The notes beneath the pieces are model-generated. The model worked only from the letters and a program-made list of their open reading frames with translations. It was not told the origin of the DNA and did no database searches. Of a DNA stretch of 64,000 nt, positions 1 to 9,366 are shown piece by piece (position 1 is the stretch's first letter; every line of letters begins with the position of its first letter). The position numbers were made by a program, and so were the translations under genes. Source of the DNA: an uncultured Verrucomicrobiae bacterium (lineage in GTDB: Bacteria > Verrucomicrobiota > Verrucomicrobiia > Limisphaerales > JAFGQR01); contig CAWBHS010000023.1 in NCBI GenBank assembly GCA_963788655.1, positions 1-64,000 on the forward strand, written 5' to 3'.

Positions 1-1928
1 GCAATACGTAGTCGCTCAAAGGTAGCGACAGAACAAGGCCCGTATTGCTAAGCCGCAAAGGCCGTGCAGGCCGATTATGGGAATTCTTCGGCCCATCTTT
101 TCCTGGCGAACAGTTACAACGCGCTCCGTGATCCTAACCAGGTCGAGTTGCGTTACGAAACCGCCTGGTTGAACGAATATCTCCTGGCCAATCTGTTGGC
201 TCCGGTGGGTGCGGGCCTCTTGTCGCCCACCATTTCGCAGCAGGAATACTCGCGATTGTTCGAGCGAAACCGGCTAGGGGTGGCCTCAAGCACGGAATAC
301 CTGAGCCGGGGAGCCTGGACCCAAGCCGGCGCGCAATACGGCACGATCGGGACGTTTGCCTACTCCGCCGAGACTTTTTACCGAACCGATCCCGGTCAGC
401 GTGCGAACAACGACATGGAAATGCTGACGCTGGATTTCAAGGCTAAGCAGCAGCTCACGTCCAGGGACAGTGTGTATGCCCAAGTGATTACTTACGACGC
501 GAATTTTGGCGACGTTACGCGGTACCTACGATCCCACCAATGCTCATCTTGGTTTCCGCGGTAAGGAAAAACAGGAGCCGATGGTCCTGGCAGGCTACCA
601 CCGGCAATGGTCGCCTGAATCGCACACGCTCATTCTTGGTGGCGTGCTTAACGACACCCTGGATATTAGCGATCCTGCCCAGCCGCTGCTATTCTTGTGA
701 CAAGAATGCATCCGGCAAAGTCTTGGCCGTGCCTCCCTATGGAATGCCACTAACTCCCCTCGACTATCGCAGCGATTTCAATCTGTTGACAATTGAAGGC
801 CAGCAGATTTGGCAACCAGGAAATCACGCCTTCTTGGCCGGCGCCCGCTATCAAGCTGGTGATTTTGACACAATAAGCCGCCAAGGCCAGTCGTCCTTGA
901 CGCCGTTTGGGACCAATGCCGGAGCGACGCCATTCTTCGCTCCGGCGATGAGTTGGCACTCTCACACAGATTTTGAGCGGATGACTGCCTATGGTTACTG
1001 GAGTTGGAAGATCATCAAGCCATTGCTGCTCACGGCAGGTGTCAGCTACGATTACCTTCATTATCCTGAGAATTTTCGAGTGCCCCCGTTGTCCGATGCT
1101 GAAGAAAGAACCGTTCAGGTCTCACCCAAAGCCGGGTTCATCTTGACTCTGTTTAGAGGGGCAACGATTCGCGGCGCTTACACACGGTCGTTGGGTGGCG
1201 TGAGTTTTGACCAGAGCTTCCGGCTTGAACCCACTCAGATCGGCGGTTTCAATCAAGCGTATCGCAACGTGATGCCTGAATCGGTCGTGGGATCACTTTC
1301 GGCGGTCCACTTTGAAACCTGGAGTCTTGGTGTGGATCGGAAGATGACGGGCAGAACCTACCTGGGGGCGCAGTTTGAATGTTTGAACTCTGCGGCGGAC
1401 CAATCGGTTGGCACACGGGATAAAGTGTATGTTGGGGTGCTACCCAATCCGCTTCTCGATCAAACTTCAACAACCCGTCAGTCCTTTGACTATGAGGAAC
1501 GTAATATCCGCTTGAGCTTCGATCAGTTGCTGGGCGGCTGCTTCGCCTTGGGCGCCCGCTACCGCTGGAGCAACGCGCAACTGAGCAGTTGGTTTCCCGC
1601 CGTGCCGCTGTTGGGACGGGCGGACGTGGAGGCAACCTTGCATCAGGTGCAGCTTCACATGTTGGCCTATGATCGCACCGGATTCTTTGGTGGCGTGGAA
1701 GCGCTGTGGAACCAACAATCCAATCGCGGCTACACCCCGGATCTCCCCGGCGATGACTTCTGGCAGTTCAATCTGCACGCCGGCTATCGTTTCCCGCGCC
1801 GCCATGCGGAAATCCGTCTCAGCTTGCTTAACGTGACGGACCAGGATTACCGTTTGAATCCGTTGAACCTGACGCGTGAACTGCCGCGGGAACGAACGAT
1901 CGCGGTCAGTTGCCGGTTCTATTTTTGA
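1..1928 (+). CDS. TPR + TonB-dependent-receptor-like outer-membrane beta-barrel protein (NsrA-like), 5'-partial, split by two +1 frameshifts (~525, ~697)
   Basis: ORFs 64-564, 506-700 and 540-1928 join into one continuous barrel-like sequence with alternating hydrophobic strands, TBDR-like 'LLNVTDQDY' and a terminal aromatic (RFYF). It lies directly upstream of a CHASE2 gene. Confidence 0.7.
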
Positions 1929-1954
1929 GTTAATCCTGACCCATTTGAATCCCG

Positions 1955-3932
1955 ATGACCTGGCCAGATCTCAAACGCACTTGGACCGAAAACTGGGGAT
2001 TCGGCGTCGTGGGGGCTTTGGGCAGCGTGCTGATAAGCCTGCCGCTCCACTTTGCGGATTTGGGCCGACCGCTCGTTGAATTCAGCTACGACTTGCCCTT
2101 TTGGTTATCCCATCGCACGAACCGCACTGAGGCTTGCGTCGTCAAAATGGACAGTGCGTCCACCGACCGGCTGGATCAAATGAAAAACGGTGCCGCGTGG
2201 AACCGCACCAATCTCACAGCCTTTCTCGGTTTGCCGTATGTTAGCAATGCCCCGTTGGTTGTATTTGATCTCACTCTCACAGAACCCAGCACTAACCTTC
2301 TAGGAAAGAAAGGCGAAACAATAGATGAAGAGCTTGCTCGCGCGATGCGTGAGCATGGGCACGTGCTTTTGGGTTCGGTTTGGGATCTTCTGTTTAAGAA
2401 AGAGATTCCACCTGTAGAACCGTTTGGAACGGCGGCACTCGGCTACGCTCCGGTGCAGTTCCCTCATGGAAGCGACGACGGGATTCGACAACACTGGCCG
2501 CATACCAATTTGGCTTGGAAAGCCGCCCAGTTGTTTCGAAAGAATGTCCCCATACCGGAGGAAAATCGGTGGATCAATTACAACGATTCTTGCCGATCCA
2601 TTTGGTCCTCGTCTCTGAAACCCGGCGCATTCTACCCCACGGACTTCACCAACACCGTCTTGTTCGTTGGCGGATCCGGGGAAGTCTGGACCCCCGTGAC
2701 GTTGGAGGATCGATTGGACGTCCACCCTACAGCACTCTACAAGCAATCCCTGCCCGGAGTGGAAATCCATGCTGTCGCGTTTTTGAACCTCCTTCATCAC
2801 GATTGGCTCGAATTGATACCCACCTCCGCCGAAATGTTGTACGTGTTGGGAGTCGGTCTGGTATTTGGGTTTGGTCTGATCTTCCTTCGTCCCTTAGTTG
2901 GCGTAGCGCTATGCGCGGGCGGCATTGCCGCCTTGGTGGGCCTGGATTTGTACCTCGTCTTGCACCAACACCTCTGGTTCCCGTGGGCCGTGACCTCGGT
3001 GGTTCAGATACCCAGCGCCATGGCTTGGGCCTGCCTCGTTCACGTCCGTCGAAGGTTTCGCAATAAAGGAGACTTGACCGTTGAAAGGTCGGCCGCCGGC
3101 TCCGTCGTGATAGCCCACCACAACCTCCTAATCAAGGTGGGCGAAGGCGCCTACGGCGAAGTCTGGCTGGCGCGCAATCAAGTCGGGCTGCTTCGCGCGC
3201 TAAAAATCGTTCGCAGGTCTCCGCTTCGGCGGTGACAGCGCGCCATTCGAACGGGAGTTCCGCGGCATTCAGAAGTTCATGCCCATTTCACTTAATCATC
3301 CTGGCCTGTTGCGCGTGCTGCACGTCGGCCGTGACGATCCCGAACGCTATTTCTTTTACGTCATGGAAATCGCCGACGACATCACCTCCGGCCAAACAAT
3401 TGATCCCGCAACCTACAAACCGCGCAGTCTGGCGAGCGAGATCCGTCAGCGTTCCCGCTTATCTTTGACCGAGTGTGTTGAACTGGGTTTGGCGCTGAGC
3501 GATGCCCTCGAATACCTGCACCAGCAGCAGCTCATCCATCGCGACCTCAAACCCGCGAACGTGATTTACGTCCAAGGGGCGCCCAAGATCGCTGACATTG
3601 GTTTGGTTACGGACATCGTCGGAACGCAGACGAACGCTACGTGGGTCGGGACGATGGGTTATCTGGCCCCCGAAGGACCGGGCAAAGCCGAGGCTGACCT
3701 CTACAGTCTGGGCAAAGTAATTTATCAAGCGTGGACGGGCCTGTCTCCGGAGCGGTTTCCCGAACTGCCGGCCGACCTGCTGGCGACTCCGGCGGATGGG
3801 CTGGTGGTGACCATGAATCGCATCCTTTTACGAGCGTGTGAATGCAATCCAAAGCAACGTTATCAACAAGCCGCACAAGTGCATAACGAATTGGCTGAAC
3901 TTGCCAGGACCGACACGTTCAGCAACGGCTGA
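1955..3932 (+). CDS. CHASE2-domain membrane Hanks-type Ser/Thr protein kinase (one +1 frameshift ~3221)
   Basis: N-terminal TM, CHASE2 motifs (VVFD, D.DGI.R, PGVEIHA), three TMs, then kinase motifs VGEGAYGEVW, ALKIV and, in the next frame, HRDLKPAN, ADIGL, GTMGYLAPE. Confidence 0.85.
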
Positions 3933-3937
3933 TCGTT

Positions 3938-4041
3938 AGACACTAATTACACGAATTACCACGAATTCAAGGTACCGAGTAGCGTTTTGACACCGGTTGG
4001 GAAATCCCATTAATTAGTGTCAATTCGTGCAATTCGTGTCT
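3938..4041. repeat. Imperfect inverted repeat built of tandem CACGAATT units
   Basis: Left arm agacactaattacacgaattaccacgaatt (3938-3967); right arm aattagtgtcaattcgtgcaattcgtgtct (4012-4041) is its approximate reverse complement. Confidence 0.8.
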
Positions 4042-4267
4042 CAAGCCAGCGCAGCCCCGGCGCAAATTGAATGAATTTTTCGGGTTCTCCCAAGGTCAAT
4101 AATCGTCAATCTGTATGAGCCATCCGCAGCTTCCTGCCATGACGGGCCGGGTTCGGCGCGCTGACAACCGGCGTCGCCGACCGACGGGCATTTTTCATTC
4201 GTTCCGGTCGTCGCTGGCCGGGCGGATGACGAATAGCCATTGCGAAATGACCCCGCTTCGCCCCACA

Positions 4268-4966
4268 ATGCTTCCGGTGAAATTCCAACCGACAATGGTT
4301 TCCGTGTTGATTAGCCTGCTGCTCTTGGCCGGAACCGTCTTGAATTCGGCGGCCGACGAAACCACGGGGTGGCGATCGCTCTTTGACGGCCAGTCCACCG
4401 CGCAATGGCGGGGCTTCAAGAAGACCGCCTTCCCGGACAAAGGCTGGGTGGTCGAAAACGGCTGGCTGCACTGTCTGGGCCAGAACGGTGGCGACATCAT
4501 CACTCGCGAGCAATTCGACAACTTCGAGTTTTCCTGGGAATGGCGCATTGCTCCCGGCGGTAACAGCGGCGTGAAATATTTTTTGCCGGAAAACCGCGGT
4601 GGCGCCATCGGCCACGAATACCAGTTGATCGACGACGAACGGCATCCGGATGCCAAAATCGCCGACGGTAAGCACCTCACCGCCGGTGTGTATGATGTGC
4701 TCAAGCCAATCGGCGCCCAGCCCAATCCGCCCGGTCAGATCAACCAGTCGCGGATCGTGGTTCGCGGCAATCACGTCGAGCACTGGCTCAACAGCAAGAA
4801 AGTGTTGGACTACGAATGCGGCAGTCCGACCCTCAAGGCTGCCGTGGCGCAAAGCAAATTTAAGAACATTCGTGGCTTCGGAAATAAAATCAAAGCCCAC
4901 CTGCTGCTTCAGGATCATCACAGCGAAGTTTGGTTCCGGAACTTGAAGATCCGGGAACTTCCGTGA
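4268..4966 (+). CDS. DUF1080 (3-keto-disaccharide hydrolase family) secreted protein
   Basis: Signal-peptide-like N-terminus; GW.SLFDG, GNSGVKY, EYQLIDD, HVEHWLN, LQDH motifs. Start uncertain (4268 or 4295). Confidence 0.88.
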   Translation: MLPVKFQPTMVSVLISLLLLAGTVLNSAADETTGWRSLFDGQSTAQWRGFKKTAFPDKGWVVENGWLHCLGQNGGDIITREQFDNFEFSWEWRIAPGGNSGVKYFLPENRGGAIGHEYQLIDDERHPDAKIADGKHLTAGVYDVLKPIGAQPNPPGQINQSRIVVRGNHVEHWLNSKKVLDYECGSPTLKAAVAQSKFKNIRGFGNKIKAHLLLQDHHSEVWFRNLKIRELP

Positions 4967-4980
4967 ACTCCATCCGTTTT

Positions 4981-5694
4981 ATGAACACAAGAATTCTCTG
5001 CTCGTTCCTCGCAACGCTGGCTTTTGCCGGCGCCTTTGTTTTCGCCACGACGGCGGCCGAACCCGCTCCGAACACTCTAACCCCGGCCGAAAAAGCCGCA
5101 GGCTGGCGTTTGCTCTTTGATGGCAAGACCACGACCGGCTGGCGCAATTTTGGTAAGCAGACTTTCCCGACCAAGGGCTGGGTCATCGAAGACGGCTGGT
5201 TGAAGAAGGTGGCCGGCGTGCGCGGCGGCGACATCATTACGAAGGACGAGTTCACGAATTTCGAACTGACCTGGGACTGGCGCATTGCCAAAGGCGGCAA
5301 CAACGGCGTCAAGTATTTCATCGTCGAAAACCGTGGCGCGGTGGGCCACGAATACCAGATGCTTGGCGATGCCGGCCAGAAGCCGAACAAAGGCAGCACC
5401 GCCTCGTTTTACGTCGTGTTGCCGCCCAAGGATCATGCTCCCGTCAAGTTATCGCCGGACGTCAACCACTCCAGCATCGTCGTCCAGGGCAACCACGTCG
5501 AGCATTGGTTGAACGGCGAAAAAGTTCTCGAATACGAATGCGGCAGCGATGAAGTCATGGCCGGGGTAAAGACCAGCAAATTCAAAAACGTGAAGAATTT
5601 TGGCCAGAAGCTTACGGCGCACATCATGCTGACCGACCACAGCAGCGAATGCTTCTTTCGCAACCTCAAGATCCGCGAATTGCCGTCAAATTAG
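4981..5694 (+). CDS. DUF1080 (3-keto-disaccharide hydrolase family) secreted protein, tandem paralog
   Basis: NTLTPAEKAAGWRLLFDG, GNNGVKY, EYQML, HVEHWLNG, LTDH, FRNLKIREL; clearly similar to the upstream copy. Confidence 0.88.
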   Translation: MNTRILCSFLATLAFAGAFVFATTAAEPAPNTLTPAEKAAGWRLLFDGKTTTGWRNFGKQTFPTKGWVIEDGWLKKVAGVRGGDIITKDEFTNFELTWDWRIAKGGNNGVKYFIVENRGAVGHEYQMLGDAGQKPNKGSTASFYVVLPPKDHAPVKLSPDVNHSSIVVQGNHVEHWLNGEKVLEYECGSDEVMAGVKTSKFKNVKNFGQKLTAHIMLTDHSSECFFRNLKIRELPSN

Positions 5695-5753
5695 CCTGCA
5701 TCGTTTAAGCTCCGCAAATTCGCCACCTTGCCGGTACGCCCAGAGCCTGGCCA

Positions 5754-6629
5754 TCAATCGATCAGCGCTTGCGCTGCTTCCTTCACGGCCTGGATAAAGG
5801 CTTGCACGATGGGTGTCGGCTTGCCGTGCCACATCAGGCCGAATTCGATGGGATCGAACCCGGTCAGCGGCAGGACGCGCACGCGGGGATGGTATTTGGC
5901 TTTGGGCACGCCCACGGAGAGACCGACGCCGTCGCCATTGGCCACGTAGGTTTGCACCAGGTCCAGTGAACTGACTTCGATGCCGGTGAACCAATCCACT
6001 TTGCGGCGGGCCAGGCCTTGTTGAAATGCCCGGCAGATTGGTTCGTTGGCCGGAACGGTGATCAGCGTCTCCTGGATGCGGTCCTCGGCCCAGAGCTCGT
6101 CGGTGGATTTGAGTTTGCTGTTTTTCGCCACCATCAGCACCAGCGGGAGTTTGAACAAGGGGAGGGCGGTGACGCCGGCTGGTGATTTACCGACCAAGAG
6201 CGCAATGGCCAGGTCGATTTCCTGATGTTCGATCCAAAGCTCCAATTGCGGATGATACCCTTCGCGCAAGGTGACCTTGAGCTTGAGAAATCGCTGCCGC
6301 ATCGTGCGCAGGATGGCCGGCAGGTGGTCGCGCAAGACAATCTCCGAGGCGCCGATGCGAATGTGTTGCGCGATACCCCCGCGCAATTTTTCCGCCACGC
6401 GCGGGACATTATCGAAGAACGACTGGATGAAGGCGTAAAGTTCGCGCCCGGCGGGCGTCAGTTCGAATGGCCGCCGTCGGAACAACGTGACGCCGAGCGA
6501 TTCCTCGAGTTGAATGACCTGACCGCTGACCGCCGGTTGCTGGATGCCGTAGGGGATATTGCGCACCGCCTCGCGGATGCCGCCGTGTTTGGCGACGTAA
6601 TAAAACAGTTCCAAGTGGTGGATGTTCAT
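5754..6629 (-). CDS. LysR family transcriptional regulator
   Basis: MNIHHLELFYYVAK...QPAVSGQVIQLEESLGVTLFRR HTH plus a substrate-binding domain. Confidence 0.92.
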   Translation of the reverse strand: MNIHHLELFYYVAKHGGIREAVRNIPYGIQQPAVSGQVIQLEESLGVTLFRRRPFELTPAGRELYAFIQSFFDNVPRVAEKLRGGIAQHIRIGASEIVLRDHLPAILRTMRQRFLKLKVTLREGYHPQLELWIEHQEIDLAIALLVGKSPAGVTALPLFKLPLVLMVAKNSKLKSTDELWAEDRIQETLITVPANEPICRAFQQGLARRKVDWFTGIEVSSLDLVQTYVANGDGVGLSVGVPKAKYHPRVRVLPLTGFDPIEFGLMWHGKPTPIVQAFIQAVKEAAQALID

Positions 6630-6676
6630 GGCTGCAAATGAGCGTTCAGAATGTGCCAGCGAGCGACCGGCGCTGG

Positions 6677-9043
6677 TCAAGGCAAGGTCCGCTGTCCGCG
6701 CGAGACGTTAAGACGCAGTTCGCCCGGGTCCGCCTTCTCGAACGGTCCCGGCGAAGGCTTGGTGGTGCTGCGCTTCCGTCCGAAGTAATCCGTGCCCACC
6801 GCCAGCGGCGAACCGTCGGGATGCTCATATTTCACGCCGGCCACCGCGGTTTTGCCGAGCAACGCGGTTGTGACGAAAACCGTCGGTGCCTGCTGCCATT
6901 GCGGGCTGGCCTTGAGTTGCAGAATGGTTGCCCCAGCTTCCACGGTGATTCCAGGTTGCGGGTCGAATCCGGCAAGCAAGACGGGCTTCTCCTCCTTCGC
7001 ACAAGGCTGCGCGCCATTGCAATACACGTTGCCTCCGGTTTGCAGTGGACGTTTCCGAAAGTCATACACCCATAATCCATAGCCTCCGCGCCACTGCGGA
7101 TCCTTGGTGGCGGCTTCACCCGGATCGCCGGAAACCTCGCCATTTCCCAGGAAAAGGTTGTTGTAGAAACGGTCGTCCCCGCCCTGAATGTTCGTTAGTC
7201 CGGCGACCGTGGTGGAGTGTGCGGGATGATAGGGCGTTTCGCGGTTGGGTTCCGGCCGGCTGATTAGCTTCCCGGCAAAAAGATTGTGCGCGTAGGCGCC
7301 GCCCTCGGACATGTCCAGCAAGCTGGTGCCGGACAAGAACAGGTTGTTATCCACCAGGAACGGCCCGTGGTCCACCTCGACGAACAGGTCTTCGCCGGCG
7401 TTGTCGTGGAACAGGTTTGCCGACACGCGCGTGCCTTGTGCCATCCAGTCCAACCAGAGCCCGCGGCAGGTCCGGTAGATGTGATTGCCGCGGATTGTCG
7501 TGTCAATGGCAGCGTGGAACTTGATGCCCGCCATTTCCGCACCCGTGAACAAGCGGCGGACGTGAATGTCATGAATGGTGTTGTCTGTGACGGTGCAAAA
7601 CGCGGCGCCCAGACTGCCAACAATCCCGGCTTGTTCGCAATGCGAGATGGTGTTGTAGCGGACAATGTGATGGCCGATGGTGTCCCGGTGCCAGCCATTG
7701 GCCAGGGCGCGTTCGATGGTCTTGACATAACCCTCAGCGGTGTCGGCGGAAGTGTTGTCCCATTGATCGCCGTATTTTCCGAGGGCGATGCCCGAACAAA
7801 TCGAGTAGTTGATGGTGTTGCTCTCGATGATCCACCCGCGGCTCCAATGCGTTCCGATCAAACCGATTTGCTCGGCGGTTGGCGGTGCCCAGGGCGTGGC
7901 CGCGTGCTGCATCGTGAAACCGCGCACGGTCAGGTCGTTCCGGCCGGGTTGATCCGGATAAAACACGGTTTGACGCACGTTGATTTCGACCAGTTGTTCG
8001 TTCGGATTGACCCCCTTGAATTGTGCCCAGATCGTGGTGTTGGTCGCGTCCACCTGGCCAAACCACAGTTGCGGATTCAACGGCCGGTCGGGCGCAGTCG
8101 CGGATGGAAGGGGCTTGAAGAGCAGGCACAGCGTTTTGATCCCGCTGACGGGTTTGAGCTTGGTTTTGTAAGAAGCCCAGGACTGCCAATTGCCGGTGTT
8201 GGCCACCGTGCAGGTACCGAGCAGTTCACCATTCGGCGAATCCAATCGCAATTCGATGATTCCGCCGTCCGTCGCCGACGCCGCGCGCAACTCGATTTGG
8301 TCCGTGCGCTGGCCGAAGTCCACGTGCTCATAACGAACCCAGTCGCCGGGATCAATCCAGCCAATACACTGGCCACCCTCCGAGCAAGCGGCGGTTTGAA
8401 TACCGCGTTGCGCCGCAAAACTTGCCGCCGCAACCCGTTGGGTGCTTCCGGAGTCTGTCACAAAACGCAGCCAGGCCACGTTCAGCAGATACGGCCCGTC
8501 CGACTGGTTCAACCAAGCCGGAGCCGCTCCTTCGGGCAACAGCACCTCGTCCAGTTTGGTCGCCTCGGTCAACCAGTCGCCGTTCAGATAGACGGCGCCC
8601 GTGTGATGTTCGCGGCCCTTCGGATTGAACCAGTCACCGTGGATGAGATCGCGGTAGGGATTGAAGTCGCCAAAGAACGAATTGGGGAGGCTCACCTTCC
8701 ACACGTCACCTTGAACTTTCACCCAGTTCTTGATGACCTCCGATCCCTTGATCTCGACCTTCTCGCCCGGAGCGGCTTGATACACGATGCGTTTGGTATT
8801 GGACTCGCCGCCACGCGGGGGATTGATCCGTTCACGGTAAACGCCTTGATGCACGGTGATTACATCCCCTGGTTGGGCGATCCGGGCGGCGGCGGAGATG
8901 GTCCGGAACGGTTTGCCGACGGAACCCTCATTGGCATCATCGCCGTGGACCGAAACATGGAATTCCGCAGCGGAGGCTGCGCAACTGATCACGGCTGACA
9001 GGAGAAGTGTGTTCAAGTGTTGCATGGATTTGGGTGGTTGCAT
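6677..9043 (-). CDS. GH120-like (beta-xylosidase-type) right-handed beta-helix glycoside hydrolase with internal CBM6
   Basis: Signal peptide; PFRTISAAA..AQPGD (DUF1565-like); WAPPTAEQIGLIGTHWSRGWIIE, EMAGIKFH and GLWLDWMAQG motifs; CBM6-like CSEGGQCIGWIDPGDWVRY...IELRLDSPNG...TGNWQSW. Confidence 0.82.
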   Translation of the reverse strand: MQPPKSMQHLNTLLLSAVISCAASAAEFHVSVHGDDANEGSVGKPFRTISAAARIAQPGDVITVHQGVYRERINPPRGGESNTKRIVYQAAPGEKVEIKGSEVIKNWVKVQGDVWKVSLPNSFFGDFNPYRDLIHGDWFNPKGREHHTGAVYLNGDWLTEATKLDEVLLPEGAAPAWLNQSDGPYLLNVAWLRFVTDSGSTQRVAAASFAAQRGIQTAACSEGGQCIGWIDPGDWVRYEHVDFGQRTDQIELRAASATDGGIIELRLDSPNGELLGTCTVANTGNWQSWASYKTKLKPVSGIKTLCLLFKPLPSATAPDRPLNPQLWFGQVDATNTTIWAQFKGVNPNEQLVEINVRQTVFYPDQPGRNDLTVRGFTMQHAATPWAPPTAEQIGLIGTHWSRGWIIESNTINYSICSGIALGKYGDQWDNTSADTAEGYVKTIERALANGWHRDTIGHHIVRYNTISHCEQAGIVGSLGAAFCTVTDNTIHDIHVRRLFTGAEMAGIKFHAAIDTTIRGNHIYRTCRGLWLDWMAQGTRVSANLFHDNAGEDLFVEVDHGPFLVDNNLFLSGTSLLDMSEGGAYAHNLFAGKLISRPEPNRETPYHPAHSTTVAGLTNIQGGDDRFYNNLFLGNGEVSGDPGEAATKDPQWRGGYGLWVYDFRKRPLQTGGNVYCNGAQPCAKEEKPVLLAGFDPQPGITVEAGATILQLKASPQWQQAPTVFVTTALLGKTAVAGVKYEHPDGSPLAVGTDYFGRKRSTTKPSPGPFEKADPGELRLNVSRGQRTLP

Positions 9044-9283
9044 TTTGTGGGGACGTTATGACTGATCGCGCCTTTCAAGAACAGCCTTTTTTCACTGCCC
9101 CAGACGCGGCACGCGGTCTTGTAACCTTGGCCACCTCTCAGTCAGTATTCATGCGCCATCGGATTGATAAAGTGTCTTTGAAATACTAAACGTGGCGCTT
9201 GGTAAACACTTGCGGCATTTACTTAATCGAAGGGGGAACAGCGGTCTTTTTTGATTTCCTGTGTGATTGTGGATAAATATTTA

Positions 9284-9311
9284 TTGACACTCCAATAAGG
9301 CATGGTAAAGA
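9284..9311 (+). promoter_or_regulatory. Putative sigma70 promoter of the giant gene
   Basis: TTGACA (9284-9289), N16, TAAAGA preceded by TG, in an AT-rich intergenic region. Confidence 0.45.
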
Positions 9312-9366
9312 AACCTCCCGTTATGTGGTGGAAGCAGGAAGCTTTCAACCACGGTGAAGTGATCGG

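Noticed and set aside
3938..4041. Possible CRISPR or mini-array
   Set aside because: Units are 9-10 bp, have no spacers and are arranged as an inverted pair; no cas genes.
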